This document shows, piece after piece, positions 1 through 13,429 of a stretch of 64,000 nucleotides of DNA. The stretch is taken from NCBI GenBank assembly GCA_951406725.2, contig OX597820.1, positions 116,374,001 through 116,438,000 of the forward strand. The letters are read 5' to 3'. This DNA comes from Octopus vulgaris (Eukaryota). The first letter of the stretch is position 1. Each line of letters starts with the position of its first letter. The notes under the pieces were generated by a model. That model ran no database searches. It was not told where the DNA came from and saw only the letters and a list, made by a program, of their open reading frames with translations. The position numbers and the translations under genes were made by a program.

Positions 1-352
1 AATGCATAGCGGTATTTCGTCTGTCTTTACATTCTGAGTTCAAATTCCGCCGAGGTCGACTTTGCTTTTCATCCTATGGGGGTCGATTAAATAAGTACCA
101 GTTACGCACTGGGGTCGATATAATCGACTTGATCCGTTTGTCTGTCCTTGTTTGTCCTCTCTGTGTTTAGCCCCTTGTGGGTAGTAAAGAAATAGGTATT
201 TCGTCTGTCTTTACATTCTGAATTCAAATTCCGTCGAGGTCGACTTTGCCTTTCATCCTTTCGCAGTCGATTAAATAAGTACCAGTTGCCTACTGGGGTT
301 GATCTAATCGAATGACCCGTTCCTCCAAAATTTCAGACCTTGTGTCTTCAGA
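1..352 (+). mobile_element. SINE family A, composite copy (core + tail 1 + second core + tail 2), 5' end cut by the window edge
   Basis: Core GAGGTCGACTTTGCCTTTCATCCTTTCG..GTCGAT present twice. Confidence 0.85.
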
Positions 353-454
353 GTCGAATATTATCCTTCTATCCACTGCGTCTGCTTTACTTTTTTAGTA
401 TATATATACTTCTTGAAATGATTTCGACATTGAATTCCTGAAACATTCTCTGCA

Positions 455-471
455 CGCACACACGCACACAC

Positions 472-567
<96 letters not shown>

Positions 568-586
568 GCGCGCACACACACACACA
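455..586. repeat. (CA)n microsatellite
   Basis: Direct reading. Confidence 0.95.
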
Positions 587-2102
587 CCATGACTAAATCC
601 AACGTATTTGTTTGCATTAACGAACAAGATCTGAAGAGCCTAAAAGTTATGAAAAGGAAAATTAGAATTCGTAACATTCATCCTCTGACCCTGGTGCTGT
701 TAGAGCGGATGGATGTAAACTGAAATAACTTCTACCCGTAATTGAAAATGCTTCACAAATTCGACTGAGCTTGAGTTTATCTTCATTTACTTTCTGCTCT
801 TCGACTCGCATCTCAATTAATGCTTCAAATTTTTACAAATGCATAAGATATGATCAATCCAAGTCCTTGAATGATATTATCGTATCTAACCAGGAAGAAC
901 ACAAGGAAAAGTTGACCTCGACCAGATCTGAGCTCAGAACAACATATTTTGTCTAACGATCTAACAAGTCTGCCAGTCTGTCGCACTTCAAAGGTCTTAT
1001 ATCTTTATAACATTATACATCCAGTAGACGAGCATAACTAGAGGGAACAAGATCTTGAAATGGTCCATAGTGAGTCTTCTCAAAGTTGGGAAGGTAAGAA
1101 TATAGACTGAAGAATTTCGCCATGTGATGCTACCGTGAATGAATGGCATATGTGGATAAGATATCACATTACATAGTCAGGAAATGTGAACCGATGTAGG
1201 AACCTCTCTGTAGTTTCCCGATCTGCAAGAAATAGCTACCAAATATCTCTCGTTCCAAAACGCAAGAACACATCGGGCGATGGAGTCATGGCCGAAAAGC
1301 CTTTAGTCATGGCAATTATCAACCAAGGCTGTCCTCGGTTAAACAACAACGGTAAACCCGATTGAAACCAGTTATAGATATTTTGTTGTCTTTCTAAAAC
1401 CAGACATTATATTTTACGTGCTCTATTTCCTATTATTGTTACAAATGGATGCTAGATTTTCTGAGGAGGTGTCAGTAGGGGTATTTACCTATTTGTACAT
1501 ACTCATGGCCACAGTGTCAAGCAGCTGTCTCTATTTAGGGAAGTAGCTATTAACGGAGGTAGCTGTTGACGGAAAATCAACCTGAATATATCCCGACTAA
1601 ACACACCGGAATGGTTTCATCAGCCAAGAACAGGAACAGTCTGATTGACTTTCTCATATTTTCCATTAAGCCCTAGGTCAACTCCATGTTATGGTAGGAA
1701 TTATTTGTTTAAAGTATCGTGTAGTGGGATCGAATACGAAACTACGTGGTCGAATACGAAACTACGTGATTGAATACGAAACCACATGACTGTGAAGGAA
1801 ACCTATGATAAATCACTCAATGCTAGTTTGCACAGAACGGTACTGACCGAATATTGCGACCAATAAATAACATCGTTTCAACCAGAACTAACCAGAGTGA
1901 CACAACAACCAGTCTGAAGAAGAAAAAGTATTGGAAAAAAAATGAGGGACAAACTGTGCGAAAAAATCAGAATTCTTTAAGGTAAAATTTAAATGTATTT
2001 CTCTTGTGATATGCTTGAAAAGTCTCTCCTGGAAATATTGAACAACTTAATACCCATTGGGTATATGTAGAACAATCATAATGTTTCATTTATATAGATA
2101 TT

Positions 2103-2514
2103 TTGAGTGGCTGTATGGTAAGTAGCTTGTTTACCAACCACATGGTTCCGGGTTCAGTCCCACTGCGTGGCACCTTGGGCAAGTGTCTTCTGCTATAGCC
2201 TCAGGCCGACCAAAGCCTTGTGAGTGGATTTGGTAGACGGAAACTAAAAAAGAAGCCCGTCGTATATATGTATATATATATGCATGTGTGTGTGTTTGTG
2301 TGTCTGTGTTTGTCCCCATAGCATTGCTTGACAACCGATGCTGGTGTGTTTATGTCCCCGTTACTTAGCGGTTCGGCAAAAGAGACCGATAGAATAAGTA
2401 CTGGGCTTACAAAAGAATAAGTCCCGGGGTCGAGTTGCTCGACTAAAGGCGGTGCTCCAGCATGGCCGCAGTCAAATAACTGAAACAAGTAAAAGAGTAA
2501 AAGAGTAAAGAGTA
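2103..2514 (+). mobile_element. SINE family B (tRNA-like head, CTTGGGCAAG CORE-like block, internal TA/TG tract, (GAGTAAAA)n tail)
   Basis: Matches many other copies; flanked by a 23-bp duplication aatcataatgtttcatttatata (2074-2096, 2515-2537). Confidence 0.9.
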
Positions 2515-3046
2515 ATCATAATGTTTCATTTATATATGTCTAACTCTAGCCACGGTGGACATTTACAGTTTATGGCCTGTGCTGTTTGGGAGTTAACTGT
2601 CCTCCGCAATTACGCAATACAGAACTAGAAACAGAAAACAAATGTCACACATCTGTTTGGTCATGTGTCATTCTCACATGTGACATTCCTTTCGGCTTTA
2701 GTTTCGAACATCGGTTCCTGGTCTACATTGGACGAATATTTCCTTCAGCTTTTACCGCTTACTCTGATCTGATGCTTCTTTCCACCGTCTTTGTATTTGA
2801 GAAGACCGCCTTGGCATCAAATCTTCGAGATTAGCATAACCTAATTTGTATTTTCTGTGAGTTCGGTTGGTTCATTTTGAGGTCTGTCTCATGTCTATCA
2901 TTCTAGGCATGCGACCTCAGCTTCACTTTAATTTTTTATAACTTCAAGAATCTTTTGGAAAGAAGTGTTTGTAATACATAAGCGCTTTCGCTGTTTATAG
3001 CTTTTCAGACACACCTGTTATAGGATAATCTCTGTGTGTAAAGACA

Positions 3047-3077
<31 letters not shown>

Positions 3078-3465
3078 TCTTACACTATTCTTTTGGTCTT
3101 CCATGAGCATAAAATTTTGGCGAGCTCTTCGCATTGTTCTTAGTTTATAGTTTAAATCCGTCATATTTTACATTTCTGTATTGTGTGAGTGTCAGTAGAA
3201 AACATTTGCCGCATTGCATTCTTTTCACAATCATAAAAATATTTAGCTTAAAGATAGATCTAGCTCGGCCCCCGAAATGGATACTCAATTGGGGATTCTG
3301 TGCTCGATCACTTCTTCCTTGGATGTTCTTGCCGAGATCTATTGACCTAAAGAGACAAACTACCAAATCTTTTGGACGGTTTCCAGCACAATCTTTAACT
3401 CCTTTTCTTCATCTAGCTTTCGTTTGTCTCTTTTTTTCGAGCTCATCTGGTGACCCACTGTTTTA

Positions 3466-3531
<66 letters not shown>

Positions 3532-5651
3532 TTTACACACATACACATACATGCATAAATATATACGTGTGTGTGTATGTATGTATGAATGATATATATA
3601 TATATATGTGTGTGTGTATTTAAACATGTATGTATATATATATGTGTGTGTGTATGTGTGTGTAATATAAATATGTATGTATATATATATGTATGTGTGT
3701 GTGTATGTGTGTGTGATATAAATATACAAAGAGTTTTCTTGTGTATAACAACTATGAAGATGTATTGCTTTCTTGCAATGTGTAAGTCAGCTTTTGGCGG
3801 GAAAGTGTGAAGTCGATTGAGTTGACTCTATTCACTACTGCCCTCTGGCGTTTTTGAACTCAAAACATAAAGATACTAGACTATCGTTTAATTCTCAATG
3901 TCATACATGATATCGGTTTAATTGTGATTAGGCGCAGGAGCCTCGTATATTAAGTATTTTTAGAAGAACGAAAAATATTGCATCAACCTTTTCAAAAGTA
4001 CTATCAGAGTAAATAAACTGATACACTTAAACTCTGGTTTGAAATCGTGAGTCCGGTCTCCTTAATCAACATTTCTACACAAATAATATCAAATACCTAA
4101 CTTCAAAGTGAGATTGAAACACTGAATCTCGTATTTCTCTTCATTCACATTAAAAGTTTCTCTAAATTCTGAGGTCTGTATGACTCAACTTTTGCGAACA
4201 AAATTGATCATAAATTCACTTTCCTTTGCCTATGATTTTAATTCAATTTCAATTATTTGATTTACTATAGTTAATGTTAGCAGTGACCTTATCGTTTGAT
4301 TTCCATATAGTAAAGTTTCCCAGCATTTTTGTCTCTTCTTATCCAATACTAAATCAATGTTATAGAACAATTAGAACAAGTAGTCCAATGGAGAAAGACA
4401 GAAATTTCTTGTGAATGAAGACCGATCTTAACTTGGTTTCAATTCTTGCTTAGTGCAAAGTTAACTTGCACAGTGAATACACCCCAAGAAAGCTTTAAAT
4501 GTCAGGATATTTTTTCACGTGAACTTTGCACTCAGTCAAAACCCAAATCCTATTTATGGCTGGTACGATAGAGCAGAGATTAAATTCTATACTGTATGTG
4601 TTTTGGACGCCTTGCGATTGGAGTTGAAATATCCCTGGTGTTGACTTTGGTATTTAATATCTCTGAGGTATTATACTGGGGTCGATTCAATTGGCTATAT
4701 TCTTGAGGTACAGAGTTTGACCTCACACATACCCCACCCTTTTCAATATCGAGAAAGAAATAAAAATTAGAAATCAGTGAATATTGAATTTTTAGGTGAA
4801 CACATTAAGAAAAACGGTTCTATTCCTTTGGTAGTTGATTCAAATAATTTATATCACTAATGATACTGAGAAAGGTATTAACTCATGATATTAGGAAAGG
4901 CATTGATGTCACGACTAATCATATTGAGAAAGATATCAACGTTATAAATAATCCCAAAATAAAAGTGAAGTCCAAAAAATCGATTGAAGGTGATGACGAG
5001 GGACAATAAGGCAAGACTTCGAACTGAATGCATCATGACCTTTAGATTGCGTTCCTCAAACTTCAAATCGTGTCGAGGCCAGTCTTTGTGTTTTCTTCTT
5101 TATGGATTATTCTGTGTAGATTCGTCTGCTACCTTAATAATACACTTTGTGGTAGACTCCACGTGGTCACTTGGACTGCGAGAAACAGTAGTCAAAGTTC
5201 TCTCAAAACACATCTCACAGCTTTAAGAAAAAGGAAGGACACATTGAATAACTTAGTCATGTAGTCTCTGATGAAATAACGAGAGGCTCATGGTTGGAAC
5301 GACTTTGATCTTAAGTATATGCAATCTGGACAGAGCCAAAGCACCCCATCATCATTAACAATACTAACAATGACAATGATGCCGACATGTTTAAAAGCGT
5401 TGTTTAGAAAATATAAACGTAACATTTTTAGTAATAGCAACACGCTGCGATTCGTCAATCAGCAAATAAACGTCACACACAATCTACTGTCGTGCAACCG
5501 CTTAAATTGTGCATGTGCATAGCTACATGAATGAGCGTGTTTTTATGGAGGAAACAGGGTGTAAAATGAGACTCTACAATACCAATTTTTCTATAAAAAC
5601 ATTAAATGTGAAGGAAAAATCGAGAATGAAAACATATAATCGTTTACTCAC

Positions 5652-5672
5652 CGCCGGCACTTTGACTAGTTT
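5652..5672 (-). CDS. 21-nt microexon (KTSQSAG) after the GPS, phase 1-1
   Basis: Strong ttttttcag acceptor and G|gtgagt donor; in frame with exon 17. Confidence 0.7.
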
Positions 5673-5733
5673 CTGAAAAAATGAGTGAAGCAAAAGAGAT
5701 GTAATTGAACGTTTATGCTTGCGTGTAGTCGTG

Positions 5734-5785
5734 TACATACATACATACATACATACATACATACATACATACATACATACATACA

Positions 5786-5817
<32 letters not shown>

Positions 5818-6014
5818 CATACATACATACATTCATATATACATACATACATACATTCATATATACATACATACATACATACATACATACATACATAGAT
5901 ACATACATACATACATACATACATACATTCATACATACATATATACATACATATATACATACATACATACATATATACATACATATATACATACATACAT
6001 ACATACATTCATAT

Positions 6015-6045
<31 letters not shown>

Positions 6046-6086
6046 CATACATTCATACATACATACATACATACATACATACATAC
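5734..6086. repeat. (TACA)n microsatellite
   Basis: Direct reading. Confidence 0.95.
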
Positions 6087-6144
6087 ACTCTCCCTCTCAC
6101 TCACACACATGTATTTACATTTTATTTATATGTAGATATTTTAC

Positions 6145-6208
<64 letters not shown>

Positions 6209-6329
6209 GGTATATGATGTATAGCACTCATCAAAACCTAGATTAGAAATATGAAACAGCTGTACATGAAACAACAAATTATAAAAACGAATGAAAACAA
6301 AAATAATTTTGTTCTAATTGTCGACTTAC

Positions 6330-6542
6330 TTGATTCTTGTCCAATTAGAAACTTTGTCAAATGAGTTGTTTCACACTGTACTCTGGAGTTGCTTTGATTT
6401 GTTTTGGCTGTCTCTAAGTCTTCCCAGGTAGACTTGTCAGAGTCCCAGGTGAGGCATTTATATATTTTATTTTCAAGCATTTCGTTAAGTTGTATTTCAA
6501 ATACTACAGGATTGTCCAGGTTTGAAACGCTTTCCAATAATC
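6330..6542 (-). CDS. REJ-GPS gene exon 17 containing the GPS motif (VSNLDNPVVFEI...CLTWDSDKSTW...CETTHLTKFLIG), phase 1-1
   Basis: ccaaaag acceptor, A|gtaagt donor, 213 nt; HL|T at 6355-6363. Confidence 0.92.
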
Positions 6543-6984
6543 CTTTTGGTCGTAACAAGGGAGAAGCGACAGTGAGAGAGAGAGAGAGAGAAAAAGAAAG
6601 AGAATGGAAAAGTGAGAATGAAAAGCATTTGTATGTATAAACTGTTACGAGAAGTGACCAGATACAAGGATAACAAATACAGAAAACTAGATTTTGTACG
6701 AGTGGATTGCTACAAGTGGATCATAAAGCAACAAAGTGCATAGTTGTTCTGTCTGTAGTATGAAGTCAGTGTTATATGGTGTTGATTCATATGAATTAAG
6801 GTAGGGTTTTACAGACCGGAATGAGACGACTGGGCGCAGCTATATGGGCGCAAACGATTTGGGGCGGCTAACTGAACATTCAACCTGTTTTGGTGACGGT
6901 AATTTTTGGTACTGGAGGTAAGCACACATAGACATGCACGCGCATGCGCAGAAATATACATATATAGATACTGAAAGAATGAGA

Positions 6985-7019
<35 letters not shown>

Positions 7020-7665
7020 GGAGAAAGAGAGAGAGAGGGAGCGAAAAAGTGAGAGACGGAGTGGAAGGGAGAGAAGGAGATAAATATTAAAATGTCTGAT
7101 GTGAAATAAGCAGGTTCGAATCAGTGGCGCTAAATAAGCGACCCCAAAATGTCTCATGCCCGTACAGATTTTCCAGTTCCATCCACATCCATGGATGATA
7201 GTTCATTATTGTAAACCAGTATTGAATTATTAAGCATTGTAATCTAAATAATTTGGATAGGGGCAGGCGTAGTTGAGTGGTAAGAAGTTTGATTCTGAAC
7301 CACATGGTTCCGGGTTCAGTCCCACCGCACGGTACCTAAGGCAACTGTCTTCTATTATAGCCGCGGGCCGACTAAAGCCTTGTTAGTGAATTTGGTAGAC
7401 GGAAACTGAAAGAAGCCCGTCGTAAAAGCGCCCGTGCGGCGCTATGAAAAAGCGCTCGTGCGACTCCACGTAAAGACACCCAGCACACTCCTCTGTAAAG
7501 TGGTTGGCGTTAGGAAGGGCATCCAGCAGTAGAGAGAGAGCATGCCAAATCTGCCAGGAGCCTGGTGCAGCTCTCCAGCTTGCCAGCTCTGGTCAAACCG
7601 CCTAGCCTGTGCCAGCATAGACAACGGCTGTTAAAGTATATATATATATTTATACACACACATAT

Positions 7666-7700
<35 letters not shown>

Positions 7701-7834
7701 AATATATATACATACATATATATATATACATATATATATATATACATTTATATGCATATACGCACACACACACATATATATATATATATATACATATATA
7801 CATATATATACATATATATACATATATATATATA

Positions 7835-7886
<52 letters not shown>

Positions 7887-8143
7887 TATATATATATATA
7901 TATACATATATAGGTTGTTTATAGAAGACCAGCAGTCGCCCATGCGTACCAGCCTCTCCACGCCACCAATGTTATCCAAGGGGCCGATACAGCTTGGCTC
8001 CTGTGACATCGCAATTCATTTCTACGGCTGAGTGAACTGGAGCAACGTGAAATATAGTGTCTTGCTCAAGAACACAACACGCAGCCCGGTCCGGGAATCG
8101 AAGTCACTACCTCAAGGTCGTAAGCTCGACATACATACATACA

Positions 8144-8179
<36 letters not shown>

Positions 8180-8356
8180 TATATTAATATAAATATATAT
8201 ATACATATATATATATATACACACACAAATATTATCAATCGTACAGACATAGTCTATGTGTTTTGTTTATCGTCCAAATTTGCTGTCGGATAGCAGTTAC
8301 GAGGTGAGTTATCTCGCCTAATCTAAGGCATTAGATGTTCTTTAACATTCGCCATA

Positions 8357-8784
8357 GGCGCAGGAGTGGCTGTGTGGTAAGTAGCTTGCTAACCAACCAC
8401 ATGGTTCCGGGTTCAGTCCCACTGCGTGGCATCTTGGGCGAGAGTCTTCTGCTATAGCCCTGGGCTGACCAATGCCTTGTGAGTGGATTTGGTAGACGGA
8501 AACTGAAAGAAGCCTGTCGTATATATGTATATATATATATATATATATGCATGTGTGTGTGTGTGTTTGTGTGTCTGTGTTTGTCCCCCTAGCATTGCTT
8601 GACAACCGATGCTGGTGTGTTTACGTCCCCGTCACTTAGCGGTTCGGCAAAAGAGACCGATAGAATAAGTACTGGGCTTACAAAGAATAAGTTCCGGGGT
8701 CGATTTGCTCGACTAAAAGGCGGTGCTCCAGCATGGCCGCAATCAAATGACTGAAACCAGTAGAATAGTAAAGAGAGTAAGAGT
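8357..8784 (+). mobile_element. SINE family B, full length
   Basis: GGCGCAGGAGTGGCTGTGTGG A-box head, GGTTCAGTCCC B-box, conserved body and tail. Confidence 0.92.
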
Positions 8785-8885
8785 GTAGGGAGCTTTGCTC
8801 GGATGCCAACCCGCAGCAAATTTGGAGACCTCTTTCTATGGTGTAACACATTTGATAGTGATGTGTAATATCTAGTATGTTTTAC

Positions 8886-9043
8886 CTGAACTGGGATTAT
8901 AGAGTGAGAAATCAATCACGTCAGAAACTACATCGGTTTTGGTGTCATTCAGAGGAAACACACTGGCTCCGTTGACGATCTGCAATATTTGTGCTACAGC
9001 CCCTTGACATTTCTCGGTTTTACTACACTCCCAGTTGACATAC
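8886..9043 (-). CDS. REJ-GPS gene exon 16 (YVNWECSKTEKCQG...VSDVIDFSLYNPSS), phase 2-1
   Basis: ctttccag acceptor, G|gtaaaa donor, 158 nt; GAIN-like SxVIxFSL strand. Confidence 0.9.
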
Positions 9044-9180
9044 CTGGAAAGAGCATAAAATAAAAAATTGAATATTAACACAGGTTTCAATAAACTTGAA
9101 AAAGTGTACTTAGTACAAGAATAAGAGCTGAGACAGTATTACTATTTCCAGGGTGAATACATTTATTGTAGTTACATTGC

Positions 9181-9633
9181 TGGGATCTTTTCGGTTTGAA
9201 CGGCAGTTTTTAACATAATTTCTAGGTAATTAAAAAGTTTTAAACTTCGAATACTGGTAGAATGTGTTTATAAAACATCTTTTTCTCTTGGCTTTATGGA
9301 GAACATTCTATAGTTTGTAAGATATTTGTTATTTTTTTCTTCAATTTCTGCAATTTCAACCAATCACTGACGTCTATTGAGGTAAAAAAACATTCTGTGC
9401 CGTATGAATATTCTCTCGTTTAAGAAACAGATTGGGTTTATTTACATTTGTGAAGAAAAAAAGATACTCTTCCCCCACCCCTATCCCTAACCCTAACCCT
9501 AACTAACTCTAACTCTAACCCTAACCCTAAAACATGTTGAAATGTAATAGATCGATACTAGGGTCATAATTATGGGTGACATTTTCATTTGACACCGCTA
9601 GAAAAAACTGCCGTTCAAACCGAAAAGATCCCA
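9181..9633. mobile_element. MITE with about 30-bp terminal inverted repeats and internal (CCCTAA)n
   Basis: TGGGATCTTTTCGGTTTGAACGGCAGTTTT ... AAAACTGCCGTTCAAACCGAAAAGATCCCA. Confidence 0.88.
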
Positions 9634-9918
9634 GCTGGCCATTGTTGTTTCGAACGGGTTTGTTATGATTAACGTCTTTGGCAAAGTGCTTCCAGTAGTA
9701 GGGCCCTGGTTTGGCAATTCCGGGATTTTGAGGAATGTGGAATCACCTGTTGACTATCATTGTTTCCAGGTCTGCTCTTAACCAGAATTGTGGCGCTTAT
9801 CAGGGCCCCAGTTATGGATCAAGTAGTATGTCACGGAATTGCTTCCCGAAGAAGATCCCTGACAGGTACCTCCAATGGCCCCAGGGTAGATGAGGTCCGT
9901 CTGCTCTTTAACAGTTTA

Positions 9919-10316
9919 TCTTTATACATAAAAGAGAGGTTGTGTGTCTGTCTCCTACGATTTAGATTCCTAACTACTCCCACATTTTGCGGTGCAGTTT
10001 AACCCAAACCGGGTATCTTATAGTCGTGATTCATATCGAGCCCTTCTGGGTATTAGCGCGCGTCTACGATGAGTCTACGATTTAAAAAAAAAATTACCAT
10101 AATTTTTTCCATTTTAATGCATTTTTTCGCTATTATATAAGGGAAGTAACTCTCTAAAAATGTCTACGATGAGTCAACGATTAAAAAAAAAAATTTACCA
10201 TCATTTTTTTCCCATTTTTAATGCATTTTTTTGCTATTTTTTGGCTATAACTCTCTAAAAATGCTTATATAGTTATTTCCCATACAAACCCGAGTAACGC
10301 CGGGCGATACTGCTAG
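9919..10316 (+). mobile_element. Non-autonomous Helitron-like element
   Basis: 5' TC, 3' CTAG, subterminal hairpin CCCGAGTAACGCCGGG, inserted between A and T with no target duplication. Confidence 0.82.
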
Positions 10317-10573
10317 TCTAAGATAAAGTAACTCTACAGAAATCCTGCCCCCTGACATCTACTGAGCTTGTGGTACTTACTGTACCGGACTAATATAAGT
10401 TTCAAGGACGAAAGAGCAGGACTGACTCTGCACAAACCATAATCGCTATAATAATATTCATTGAGTCGGTTATTCAGCAACATTGCGCCAGAAGAAGTAG
10501 ACCTAGCAATGGTCATGGCTGGAACGCTTTTGATGCTAGACTTGCTGAATCTGGATTGATGTGAGGATATCGT

Positions 10574-10574
<1 letters not shown>

Positions 10575-10637
<63 letters not shown>

Positions 10638-10662
10638 GACTACTACTACTACGACGACGACG

Positions 10663-10719
<57 letters not shown>

Positions 10720-10725
10720 CTACTA
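10575..10725. repeat. Compound (CTA)n/(CGA)n/(CAA)n microsatellite
   Basis: Direct reading. Confidence 0.95.
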
Positions 10726-10749
10726 AATTATGGTATATAGTGTGTTAAC

Positions 10750-10961
10750 CTTTCCTCTAATGTATTTCCGGGAGTGAAAGTGACTTTTTCTGTCAGTGTC
10801 CTGGTCAACGGCTGATTCAACATAGATTTGGTCGTAAACAAGTTGAGGTTTGCGGATTTGATATTCTTCTGACTTGTATAAGAACCAGCAAATGCAAGAA
10901 TACCGTTAAGAAGATTCTGCGATATTTCTGAACTGAAGTTTCGGCTTGCTGCTTGTAAGGC
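10750..10961 (-). CDS. REJ-GPS gene exon 15 (ALQAASRNFSSEISQ...FTPGNTLEER), phase 0-2
   Basis: ttttgcag acceptor, AG|gttaac donor, 212 nt. Confidence 0.86.
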
Positions 10962-11762
10962 CTGCAAAATTATAAGATGGGATTATTGTAGCATTAAAGA
11001 AACGGATATATTCATTATAATAATGGAGATCGCTGCTGTAATTAATGTTATTTTTAATTATTTATTTACATTTTGCATCTTTCTGGCGTAATTGTCGGTG
11101 TTATTGACTGGGTCACTGTTAGGGTGGTATCTTTTTCAAGAATCGTAGATGGAAATATCATATATAAGATCAATTTCTATTTTTTGGTACAAGGCCAGCA
11201 ATTTCGGGAATGGTGTAAGTCGATTACATCGACACCAGTACTCAACTGGTACTTATTTTATCAAACCCGAAAGGATGAAAGGCAAAGTCAGCGGAATTTG
11301 AACTCAGAACACAAAGACGGACGAAATCTCGCAAAGCATTTCGTCCGGTGTGCTAACGATTCTGTCAGCTTGTTTTAAGATAGAATATTACGATAAAATA
11401 ATTATAGAGAATTAAGCAATGAATAAAATTTAACGAAAGGGCCTCTCCGGCTCACGAACGTTTTTCTATGGTATAAGTTATGTACAATCATATCTAATTC
11501 GGACATGCAAAGACAATACGCTGCATAAGTTGTCGCGAGAGAAGAACTTCTCAGAGACAATATGGATGTAAATACACCACAAAGCCATAAGTGTCGTGTG
11601 TTTACATCCACATTATTTATAAAAAGAATTCTTTCTCTCGGGACAACATGTGCAGTATATTGTCTTCCCATGAACAAATGTACACAAGCATGTGAAATAT
11701 GACTGTACATAACTATATTTAATTTAATTAGTATGCATCTAATTAATTTTTTTATAAATACC

Positions 11763-11998
11763 TATTTCTTTATTACCCACAAGGGGCTAAACACAGAGGG
11801 GACAAACAAGGACAGACAAACGGATTAAGTCGATTACATCGACCCCCCCAGTGCGTAACTGGTACTTAATTTATCGACTCCGAAAGGATGGAAGGCAAAG
11901 TCGACCTCGGCGGAATTTGAACTCAGAACGTAACGGCAGACGAAATACGGCTACGCATTTCGCCCGGCGTGCTAACGGTTCTGCCAGTTCGCCGCCTT
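11763..11998 (-). mobile_element. SINE family A (tail 1)
   Basis: Reverse complement of AAGGCGGCGA..GAAATA; imperfect target duplication of about 18 bp. Confidence 0.9.
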
Positions 11999-12242
11999 AA
12001 TTTTTGTATAAATATCAATATGGTATAAATAATGACGACCAAAAACTTAGGTTGTTAAATAAATGAAAATGGAAGTCAGGAGTTGACGCATATGAGGGCT
12101 ATGTCACCAAGGACTACTTTCAATCGGTTGAAGCAACGAGCACCAGAACTAAGAATAACGACGTGATTAGATTCTACTATCACAACCAACGGACAAACAT
12201 ATCTCCTCATGCATGTTTTCTGTCGATAATATACAAATAGTA

Positions 12243-12892
12243 AGGCGGCGAGCTGGCAGACACGTTAGCGCGCCGGGCGAAATGCTTAATGGTATTTCGT
12301 CTGTCGTTACGTTCTGAGTTCAAATTCCGCTGAGGTCGACTTTGCCTTTCATCCTTTCGGGTTCGATAAATAAAATACCACTTTCGCACTGGGGTCGATA
12401 TAATCGACTTAATCCGTTTGTCTGTCCTTGTTTGTCCCCTCTGTTTAGCCCCTTATACTCTTTTACTCCTTTACTTGTTTCAGTCATTTGACTGCGGCCA
12501 TGCTAGAGCACCGCCTTTAGTCGAGCAACTCGACCCCGGGACTTATTCTTTTTGTAAGCCCAGTACTTATTCTATTGGGTCTCTTTTTGCCGAACCGCTA
12601 AGTGACGGGGACGTAAACACACCAGCATCGGTTGTCAAGCAATGCTAGGGGAACAAACACAGACACACAAACACACACACATACACATATATATATATAC
12701 ATATATACGACAGGCTTCTTTCAGTTTCCGTCTACCAAATCCACTCACAAGGCATTGGTCGCCCCGGGGCTATAGCAGAAGACACTTGCCCAAGATGCCA
12801 CGCAGTGGGACTGAACCCGGAACCATGTGGTTGGTTAGCAAGCTACTTACCACACAGCCACTCCTGCGCCTATATGGGCAATAAAGGAATAT
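12243..12892 (+). mobile_element. SINE family A interrupted in its tail by a minus-strand SINE B (12456-12870)
   Basis: The SINE A tail resumes after 12872 as tgggcaataaaggaata. Confidence 0.88.
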
Positions 12893-13429
12893 AAATATAC
12901 AAATAGTAAATAACAGAAAGTATAAATGTCTTAATTGAAGACCTTGTCCATCGTTGAAGGCCTTGTACATCGAAAGCTGACAATCACGAAATCTGTGAAA
13001 TGAATTGATGTAATAAAGGAATTAACATGCATCACCAAGCAAAGTTGTACGTGGTATATTTAATATCAGGCTTATCGATCAGGCTTTCAAGTCTTTCTAA
13101 TGGTTTGTATGCTTACCCGGAATAAAAAGAAATAATATTGCAGACTCGACATTTAATCGATATAACAGTAAGAATATCACATTTCATATTAAAGATGATT
13201 GTTTTGTAAACAAGCGTTGTTAAATATTGGCAATATATAACGTTTCCTTTCTTGATTATAACACTTTTCAGATGAATCTACATATAATTGATTTCGTCTC
13301 TTCTTGAAAGACAGAATTGTATACCAATAGCGAAGGCGCCAAACTTATTGCATATATAACGATAAAACAAACACACCGGAAGGAAATACTGTAAAATTGA
13401 TCTAACTCCGAGTAGCTTCTTATATCAGA

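Noticed and set aside
1731-1790. Three copies of a 20-bp unit (cgaatacgaaactacgtg..)
   Set aside because: Local slippage in a decayed SINE head; no further structure
3145-3346. Good minus-strand acceptor (tctctttag) with an open phase-2 frame
   Set aside because: Cannot be joined to the phase-1 microexon, stops at once in phase 1, and has no recognisable motif
4795-5009. Plus-strand coding-like stretch with degenerate repeats (HDIRKGIDVTTNHIEKDINV...)
   Set aside because: Interrupted by stops and a frameshift; no partner exons or motif
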